Source: Octopus sinensis (lineage: Eukaryota). Taken from it: a DNA stretch of 64,000 bases. Below are positions 54,337 to 64,000 of the stretch, piece after piece. The first letter of the stretch is position 1; each line of letters opens with the position of its first letter. The position numbers were made by a program, and so were the translations under genes. Location of the stretch: NCBI RefSeq assembly GCF_006345805.1, contig NC_043008.1, positions 24,428,001-24,492,000 on the forward strand, read 5' to 3'. The notes under the pieces are model-generated. The model saw nothing but the letters and a program-made list of their open reading frames with translations, was not told the DNA's origin and made no database searches.

Positions 54337-55640
54337 CTTTACAGTTTCATTTTAAGTTTTTTGTTTTGTTTGTCTTCTCCATGCTATATCTTTTTATACA
54401 GTCCTCGAAGTGTTTGTTAGTCCTCGTTCGTTAATAAAAGAAACAATTCTTGCTAAAAGAAACAATTATTACATTACATGCTTTTGTTGATTTTTAGTGT
54501 GAAGTCTGATCTGTGATCAATGAAGGAACTTTCACCCTCAGCTTTGCATAATTCTGCATAATATAGTTTGGATTCGACTCGTAGAACCTTTTTACTGTAA
54601 CTGTAGAGATGTTAGTTATTCATTTTCAGTATGTTTTTTCTATCAACTTGTTATTGTTTCTACATAAATATTAACAAAATTCACAGGAAAAAAAAAACCT
54701 TTCTGTCAACAAACGATTCACTGCTCAGACTTAGATATCCTTTTACTATATTCTTCGGGCGTGGTTAATCAGTAACTTACCTTCAGAACAAGTGTATGCA
54801 ATTTCCCTAAATACTCTCTAGTATAGAAAGTAGGATGCTTTTTTTACGGGAGATCATTTAATCTCAGGACTATGACATGTAATTCTTCATTCATCATAGG
54901 CTTGCAAGTTATTGGCTTGCAGTTTCATAGTTTATTGTTTTATTAGCTTAATGAATTAATATAATTTCTCCAATTATTACCATGGCCAACGAGACAAAAT
55001 ATTTTAGTATAAGCTGCAGAGTTACCATGATATAGGTAATCATCCACGTGCCTGGGGTCTGTACGTAGTCCATCTCCGTCAACCTTTAACCCTCACGCTT
55101 CATTTACCTATTCGTTGATATTAAGAACACAGAAAAAAATCATCAACCGAGCCATTTATTGATAGTTACTCTCTCCACCTTTCACTCACGTATATTATAG
55201 CCATGTGGATTAATATATTAGCGTTAATATATCTTGCAAAGCATGTCCATCCAAACTATATGGCCGGATGAAAATCTCAAAGTCGAAACACTAAAGAGCA
55301 TGAACTAATTCATTATATCTAAAAATATATTACAGAGAAATACGAGTTATCATACACACACACGTTTGCATATACGCGCGTGCACACACACACGCACACT
55401 CATTTATATGCGTCTATTTGTATATATGTACACTAAAATCGATAAACACGTACTATGAACTTGCTGTGGGGTGTGGAAAATCTAATGTTTCGGAATTGTA
55501 GGTACTATTGATCAGTTCTACACCCAGCACTCTGCAGCTCTAGGCCATCGATAACACCTCCACTCTCTTACCTCTTTATGCAAGATTCGAAATTACTCTA
55601 CAGGTGGTGGCTGAAGAATACCAAAAGCTTCTTTGTTGCA

Positions 55641-55712
55641 ACGCAGTGGGACTGAGCCCGGAACCATGTGGTTGGTAAGCAAGCTAATTACCACAGAGCT
55701 ACACCTACGCCT
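55641..55712 (-). mobile_element. SINE family A, tRNA-like head only
   Basis: gggactgagcccggaaccatgtggttggtaagcaagct..accacagagctacacctacgcct. Confidence 0.7.
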
Positions 55713-55836
55713 AGCTTAGTTTTCCTTGGGGCTGATCAGACTGGAGCAATATCAGGTATAATCAGCCGAAATTGCGAAGATAATCTGGTACTTGCCTGCG
55801 GAAAGAAAACTTCGAATGACCCGTCCCATTTTGTAT

Positions 55837-55874
<38 letters not shown>

Positions 55875-55878
<4 letters not shown>

Positions 55879-56553
55879 CTTGATCATCTTGACCGACCAG
55901 TCCAGCGAGCATCCATTTGACACCGCTGGTCACAGCACGCTGTCCACTCCTCTCTGGATCGCGCCTTTCTCATCCACGTGATGCCAATCACCCTCCTGAA
56001 ATGGTAACTCCACCGTCGTGGAGGCCTTCCGAGTGGTCGTTTCCGCTCACGCGAGTACCACTCGACAACTACTTGGTTCCACCGATTGGCGGTGAGCCGG
56101 GCGACATGTCCAGCCCATCTAAATTTGCTGGACTTCTCTCTGATGACCTCGCTATTGATGTGCTCCCTCAAAGAGATTCCAAGCATTGACCTCTACATTG
56201 CTCTTTAAGCTGTTACTAATCTCAAAAGCTCTGCAGTAGGTCTCAAGATGAAACGCATGAAAACGAAGTTCATGCGGTCAGGCAACGTACCAACAGGTCG
56301 AATAGTGATCGCCAGTGATGAAATAGAAGAGGTAAAGGAATATGTCTACCTGGGACAGGAAGTGAATATGTGCCGAGATATCGTAAAGGAGATCTCAGGG
56401 AGAGAAAGGGCCAGATGGAAGGTATTTAATGGCATAAGGGATGTGCTCAAGGGAAGGTTGGACAGGACCACGCGCGCCAACCTCATCAATAACACAGTTC
56501 TACCTGCAATGTTATATGGTAGTGAAACATGGGCTACAACAATGAGAGAAGAA
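55875..56553. mobile_element. RTE-clade LINE 3' end with 5' inversion, inserted in (TA)n
   Basis: 55875-56226(-): LRLVTA*RAM*RSMLGISL..RWAGHVAR..KRPLGRPPRRW. 56225-56553(+): VGLKMKRMKTKFM..VYLGQ..MLYGSETWATTMREE. Confidence 0.9.
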
Positions 56554-56783
56554 TATATATATATATATATATATCATTAATAGTTAAGAAATCGTATTGT
56601 AATAAACATGGTAGTTTGCCGGCAAAGGACTGTCACTGGCTAAGTGTTCGTAGGGTAATTGATTAATGCGAGAAATGGGAGATGGGAAATACGAGAATCT
56701 TCATTGTTCACTACAATTATTTTGACTCAAATAACATCGATCTCTCACGGGTATTATACTGAACATGTAATTTATGTGTATCC

Positions 56784-57165
56784 GTCGGTGTAGATACGTT
56801 TTCTTAGGTGATTTCAAAGTTATCTCCTTAAAATAAACTTTGCTTCGCAAGATCTCTTTGTCTTCGCATACATAAATGGCAACTATCAGATACAAAAAGA
56901 AACAAATACACAATACAAAGGAAAAGTATTATATACAAACGTTAGTTGATATCTACTAACGGTTGTATATAATAGTTGTTTCGGTGTATTGTATATTTGC
57001 TTCTTTTCGTATATGATTCATTTTTATAGATCTTCTATAAGTATGAAGCTGTATACCTTAATTTGCCATTTGTGTATGCGAAGACAAAGAGGAAATCTTG
57101 CGAAACAAAGTTTATTGTAACGAGATACACCTTAAAATCGCCTAAGAAGACACATCTACACCGAC
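56784..57165. repeat. ~380-bp imperfect fold-back palindrome
   Basis: gtcggtgtagat/atctacaccgac, ttcgcaagat..tctttgtcttcgcatac/gtatgcgaagacaaaga..atcttgcgaa, centre gttagt..actaac at 56941-56960. Confidence 0.85.
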
Positions 57166-57286
57166 CGATATGCCTAAACCAGATGTTTAGTACCCCACCT
57201 GCGATGGATTGATGCTAGATTGGTCGAAAACATTGTAGTGATAAATAATGATTCACGTATCTTTATCTTCCATTTCTCTCATTAAT

Positions 57287-57334
<48 letters not shown>

Positions 57335-57336
57335 GT

Positions 57337-57820
57337 AAATAAGAAAATGGAGAAGCACACTAGTTGGTTCATCAAATTTAGGACATTAAAAATGACAACC
57401 ATAATAACATACATACATATATTATATTATACAATGCATATAAACTTATCTCTTATCTCTTAGTCTGTGAACTTTTACTACGCATAATATGTTGTAATAT
57501 GTTGTAATACGTATGTATATAATTTTTGTATGATGAAAAGGAAAAAAATTCATTTCATATATGTATTGGTGTATATTTGTGCGTATGTATATATATACAT
57601 ATACATGTCTTTGTTGCCCACACACATATATATTCGTGTATGCAGAATAATACTGAAATAACTATATATATATAACTGCATGATATATGAATATATTGAC
57701 TGTGATTGTAAAATTAATAAGCTTACATCTTTCATAAACATATGTTTATATTATATTATAGTATATGCTATATTTTAATTTCTTTTACTATGTATTGTGA
57801 ATAGAAGAATACATACTATC

Positions 57821-57872
<52 letters not shown>

Positions 57873-58162
57873 AATAATAATAATATTAGTAATAATTAAA
57901 TATTATATATGTACTCATGGATATGGATGTATATGTATGTTCCAGTAAATATAATTATTTGTCTATATACATGTATGTATGTATAATTATGTCTATCTAT
58001 ATATATATGTATATGTGTGTATATATATATGTATATGTATATATATATGTATATGTTTATATGTATGTATGTATATATATATATATATATATATAAATAT
58101 TTATAAATATACGTATGACTATATATACAAATACATATAAACTTATACACACGCATCTACGT

Positions 58163-58208
<46 letters not shown>

Positions 58209-58568
58209 TCAAATGTGTGTGTATTTTGTTTCATATATATATTTATATTTTTATGATTGTACTTTATAATCTCTGACGAACCCAAGAGATACATATAAGT
58301 GCCTCATTTTCAACTGCCTATCACCTCAATACACTTGAATAATATAGGCACAATGACTTGCTATTATCTATAGGCTGAAACAGCCGTAAGTAATATTAAT
58401 AATTTATATTCATGTTTTTTAATAACTGCTTGTATTATTATCTTATATGCATTGAATAATATAATATATGTATGTTATTATGGTTGTCGTTTTGATAAAT
58501 AAATAAGTCAATATTTTAATATCCTAAAGTTGATGAACCAAGTAGTGTGCTTCTACATTTTCTTATTT
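57337..58568. repeat. Inverted repeat pair (57337-57443 / 58443-58568)
   Basis: aaataagaaaatggagaagcacactagttggttcatcaa vs ttgatgaaccaagtagtgtgcttctacattttcttattt, with one ~20-nt indel. Confidence 0.85.
58265..58395 (+). ncRNA. Degenerate hammerhead motif
   Basis: CTGACGA at 58273 and GAAAC-agcc-GTA at 58377-58388; stems I and II only partly complementary. Confidence 0.45.
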
Positions 58569-58797
58569 GCAATACAAATTAATGGTAAAAGATTTCTTTA
58601 CCTTCACCCATTTAATATAATAAGTAATTTAATTGCATTTCAATCAAAAACACTTGTGTATTAATAATTGGGTATTATACCAACAGTATATTGGATAAGT
58701 ATTATCCCTTAGTGGGTTGGATCCACAACCCCTAACTTTCTTGGTGGTATATATATATATGTATGTATGTATATATATATGTATGTATGTATACATG

Positions 58798-58833
<36 letters not shown>

Positions 58834-59279
58834 AATATTTATAAATATACGTATGACTATATATACAAATACATATAAACTTATACACACGCATCTACGT
58901 ACACACACACACACACGCAAACACACGCACATATATACATATCTAATCTAGACCAAAACTGACAACAATGATTTAAGCGACCAGTATAAAATTCATTAAT
59001 AAATATATGCTTAATTCCTATATCTAAATTGTAAAAAGTAGAAAAGTTTAACGGTCGTTTCGGACACATATCTAAGACACAGTTTCGGTTACTGACCGCC
59101 ACCATAGATTTTTTTCTTCTAAATAAGTAGACATTTGCATCTAGTCAAAGTGTACGAAATTTTATCGTTAATATCTATATAGAAGCAATTACATTCTAAA
59201 TTGTATATTATTTTAATAATAATATTTTATATTCTATCTATTCTGGTTCACTAAGATTTCAGCAAAGGATTCTTTTTCA

Positions 59280-60900
59280 ATGCCTCATTAACAACAGATT
59301 TTTTCGTTGCTCTCGTTTAAATTGTAGGTTTCCCCTTTTGGGATTACCGTTGTTTTTTGAATTGTTATACAACTTTTGCTGTTTTCTGTGTCTTTTGGAC
59401 GCTTTGCCTGCTTTGTCAGGTTTGCTTCTTGTACGAGTTCCCCCTGTTTGGGGGCTGCTGTTTTCGTAATTTGAACGTTTTTACATGAACAGTACAGCAT
59501 GGAATTTGACGCCTCACAATCTGTAGCTCCAGACTTCTTGGAGGAATTGGCCAAACGAAGGAAGATAAGAACATGCCAGAGAATGAGGAAACTGACCTCT
59601 GAGTTGAAGCGCGGAATAGTAATGGAGGGATGAACAACGAGTCCGTAGTCGGTGTCACGGACGAACTAGAGAAGTACAAGTGTTTAATACAAAAAGAGGG
59701 GCCCAATGCAAAACTAACCGAACCTGGGGAAGTAATACACATCACAAAGAGATAAATAATAGTTTACAAAACTTTGTCACTCAAAACGAAAAATATTGAA
59801 ATGACTACTAAAGAGGCAATCGGAAAATGCCTGAAACCGATATGGCAAAATATAACATATATAGCCAGAAGAAAGCTCTTCGGAACCTTCGAAGCAAAGC
59901 TCGCCTCCGATGAAGAAACCAAGAAGCGTTCGACATCTCCCCTTAAGTCAACAGGACTAGTGCTGCTGTCAACATATTTAGGCAAGCGGAGCGGTTATCA
60001 AAGAGTAAAATAGGGAAGGTCTCATTGGAAATCGACTTGGTGTGGTTGGTGACAGCTGCTTCTAAACTTCGAGGATAAAAATCACGGTCCTTAAAGTCAC
60101 CAAGCTGCACCAGCAGAAATGATGGCGCCAATACTTGGAACTGTTAATCCAGGCCACCCAGAAAGATCTAGAAGAATTGCCAGATCAAATTTTACTGCCG
60201 GACGAAACCACGCTAAGAGTAGTAGTGGAGGGGCGACAGCCATGGTACTACAAATGCAGCATGAAAGGGCATATTAAAACCGCATGCCAACAAGACAAAG
60301 CATCAATAGCACCCCTTACGGCCAGTAACCCCCACAAACCGAGGAAGCCACAGGAACCCAAAAAGAACCGACCAATACCACGACAAACAACACAAACCAA
60401 TAATAGCGCGTAAAGTAACAAAACAACGAGAGACGCTCCAGAAAAAAACAATTCCAAACGCACTTGAATAAGTAGAGAGCGACTGGAGGGAGGTAAAAAA
60501 AGACGCAAAAAGTTAAATACCCCCACACACTACCATCAAAAACATCGAAACTACCGCATGCACCCCCCTCACAATACAAACACCCGATCCATTACCCCCA
60601 GGTACAGTAATAAACGTAACCGCATTCAACATAAACTCAGTAGAACTGATGAATAAAAAAGAACGTATCACCCCATATGCAACCCCAACACCCCCAAAAA
60701 TACCGGAAAATATAAAATTTATATACATAGACAATGTCGCATGCACAGACTTAAAAGAAAAATACCCAAATGTCATCGGGCCATTACAGAGAACTTTTAC
60801 TAAACATCGTTACATTTATTTCAATAGGAATACCCCACAAGCCATATATAATCTATTCACTCAAGGTATATAACCGCCAGAAACACCCGGGAAAAATTAT
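59280..60900 (+). mobile_element. Tx1-type LINE 5' UTR plus ORF1 (3'-truncated)
   Basis: TTKEAIGKCLKPIWQNITYIARRKLFGTFEAKL, LVLLSTYLGKR, LELLIQATQKDLEELPDQILLPDETTLRVVVEGRQPWYYKCSMKGHIKTAC. Confidence 0.8.
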
Positions 60901-61639
60901 TAACCCTAGCTAAACACACAGACAGAAATTCACGTATTACCCCATAATTAGACTCTCCACACTCAAACACCAGCGAACTCAAAAGACAATACAATGTTCC
61001 CTGCTTCAACCCATTTTGTCTGTCCCATACTGTGAATGAAGAGTGTATGCCTTGCTATATGTGTAAGTGATATGATTGAATGTGAGTTTCATTAATTTTT
61101 TTAGTTGTAAATGAAGAGTGTATGCATTGTTACATGTGTGAGATGACTTGAACGAAAGTACCAGTAAAAGAAAAGAAGAAGAAGAAAAAAAGATTTCTGC
61201 AAATCCTAAAAATGCCAACGTAAAGATCAGGCATAATGAATCCACTAACAAGAATATAAATAATATATACTTTTCTTCAATATTTGTCACGGAGTTAGAG
61301 AGTAGTAACAAGATTGCCAGCCAAAAAGCAACATTGTCAAACATAATTAAGGCTACTTTCAATATCTGATGTGAAGGTGAAATAAACAATAGTGGGAAAT
61401 AATTGGCAGACGGTCATATGTTTTCATAGATTATTGGCCAGCTAGAAGGAATTACTGCAAACACTCACACGCATGAACCATAGCCAGTGGGTTTGAAACG
61501 GTTAATCACCTTGGTTTCTGATCAAAAGCGCACATTCCCAGTGGTTTCTGCCAAGAAATATCAACAAAACTTCTAGTATAGTAAAATAACATTTTGACGG
61601 AAGAGTTTGAAGCCTACGGAGAAACAGGAACATTGAGAA

Positions 61640-61995
<356 letters not shown>

Positions 61996-62078
61996 ATAAA
62001 TATATAACAAACTTTTCCATGAATGACTATATGTTTATATGAATATATATGAATATATATGTTTTAAAATTCCTCACC

Positions 62079-62127
<49 letters not shown>

Positions 62128-62149
62128 AGAGCCGACTTTTAACTATGAA

Positions 62150-62710
62150 AGAAGTGTCCTTCATCGGATATTTAAACATCATAACTTTCATTGTCATATA
62201 TATAGGAGGCAGTGTAATGATATGGGAGAGTGATCACTGCTGCTGGTCCTGGTCTGTCAATGCTGAAACATACAAGCAGATTCTTAGATAGCATGCTCTT
62301 CCACATCTCCGATCCACGTCAGCTCAATCTCCTATTTTCGTACAGGACAACGTTCCCCGTCACATTGCGAAAAGTCACAGATTTTTCGAGGTATGAACAG
62401 GTTGATTTCATGATCTGACCAACTCAAAATCCCGATCTCAACCCTATAGAAAATGTTTGGAAGATTATTGGAGAAGGAGCACGAAGGAAAAGTCCAGAGA
62501 AACAAGATGAACTCTGGGAATTATTGAAAAAAGTATGGAACAATATTACTCCATCATTTTGCAAGAAATTTATTCAGTCCTGTGATAACAGATGTCAGGA
62601 GGTCATTGATAATAAAGGGATGTTCACAAAATATTAATAGTAAGGATTTATTTTTTGTCCTTGTTCCATTGTTTTCATTGTTTTTCTAAGTGGCCCTTAA
62701 CTTTGGCCCT
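62150..62710 (+). mobile_element. Tc1-like transposase 3' remnant
   Basis: GGSVMIW, QDNVPRH, PDLNPIENVWKII, LWELLKKVWNNI..RCQEVIDNKGMFTKY*, followed by a TIR-like ggcccttaacttt. Confidence 0.85.
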
Positions 62711-63262
62711 TAACTTTCCACATAACTTACGAAATATTAATTCCATTCACTTGAAACTTTTACGTAAGACAGATATAGGATATATCTAAATAGGCGTAAA
62801 ATATCTAGTCTCAACGTGTTGTTAATCTTCTATAATAACTATTTCAATACGACCCTTATATTATGACTGCTACTGTATATGGAGGTATATGTAAATAAAT
62901 GTACATACGCGTGATTGTAGTAGCTACTGACGTATACGTATGTCTAAGCATTGATGCATTTCATATGAGAAATTCTCTGAATGTGAAGATCTTTATATAC
63001 GTATATGTATATAAGTTACTATCTCAATACTTGTGTATTTCTACCTGTTACAATATAAACTTATAAAACGTGTTTCACAATATCGCTGCTTCTTTAATGC
63101 TTTTAACTTAATAATTAGCGTTAAACCGATTTTTTATACCCCTCTCCTCTGAATAGAGACGAGACAGAGTATTATATAAGCCGACAATCTAAGTGCTGTG
63201 CCCTTAGAATGATTTCTCATTATTTTGGCACACATGGTTTCTTTTTGCAATATTTTAATCAG

Positions 63263-63482
63263 AAGGCGGTGAGCTGGCAGAAACGTTAGCACGCTGGGTG
63301 AAATGCTTAGCTCTATGTCGTCTGTCTTTACGTTCTCAGTTCAAATTCTGCTGATGTCGACTTTGCCTTTAATGTCTTCGGGGTCGATAAATTAAGTACC
63401 AGTTGCGTATTGGGGTCGATCTAATCGATTGGCCCCCTCCCGCAAAATTTCGGGTCTCGTTCCTAGAGCAGAAAAGAATATT
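63263..63482 (+). mobile_element. SINE family B, full length
   Basis: aaggcggtgagctggcagaaacgttagcacg...ggggtcgataaattaagtaccagttg. Confidence 0.85.
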
Positions 63483-64000
63483 TTAACAGAATGTTTTCTT
63501 TTGTTTCAGAATACAAGAGGTTTTGGATTGTACGCTGAATCAATATGATTTCATGATATAGATATGAAACACCCTTCACATCAGTGTAACACCCTATGTT
63601 TTGTTCTCTCTGTATTCTTCTCAATATTCTTTACTCTTAGGGATAGAAAATATTTCATTCCGCATTAAACTAATTGCCAGTGTCTTCGTTACGTGTATTT
63701 CTTTGACGTATATTATCTTCTATGTGAGACTTGTGAATCAAAAGAGGTGGAGAAATGTCACATGGCGTAGGGTTTGTTAATGATTCTTTAAGAGGAGTGA
63801 GGGAAAGAAAGACATCCGATATAGGTGGTGGGGAAGGTAATATTCTGGTCTGCTGAGATAGCTACGCCTATGAAGATACATAATTTAGACTCCTTCTGTG
63901 GGAGAGTGATATCAACAACAGCAAAAGCTTTTCCGACGTGGATAGCGCCATAAAAAGAAATCTTTTTGCTAACAGTGGATGGAAAAATTCAAGAACTAGC

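Noticed and set aside
55255-55310. cGGATGA...GAAAC hammerhead-like string
   Set aside because: Core mutated and no GTH cleavage triplet.
63740-64000. Possible CR1/L2-type RT fragment on the minus strand
   Set aside because: Only a weak IGV.IS-like similarity, cut by the window edge.

Overview
AT-rich eukaryotic DNA that is full of microsatellites and made almost entirely of decayed transposable elements. The SINE families and the (TA)n/(TAT)n landscape look like an octopus genome (inference from recall, not a search). No host protein-coding gene could be supported. Elements found: Tc1 and mariner remnants; one near full-length RTE LINE with several stop codons and frameshifts; a second RTE with a 5' inversion; Penelope-like elements (PLEs) with YRDD-type RT and C-terminal GIY-YIG; Dong/R4 LINE remnants plus a 560-bp partner element in (TAA)n tracts; two Gypsy remnants; a dense cluster of Tx1-type LINE pieces; and two tRNA-type SINE families. 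The most notable signal is a set of minimal type-I hammerhead ribozyme motifs (CTGANGA...GAAAC-NNNN-GTH) in several unrelated sequence contexts. Most of them sit in direct or inverted repeat architectures: a 1-kb inverted duplication, a perfect 51-bp hairpin that pivots on the ribozyme core, and a direct-plus-inverted pLTR-like block. All alignments, identities and folds were done by eye, and element boundaries are approximate.
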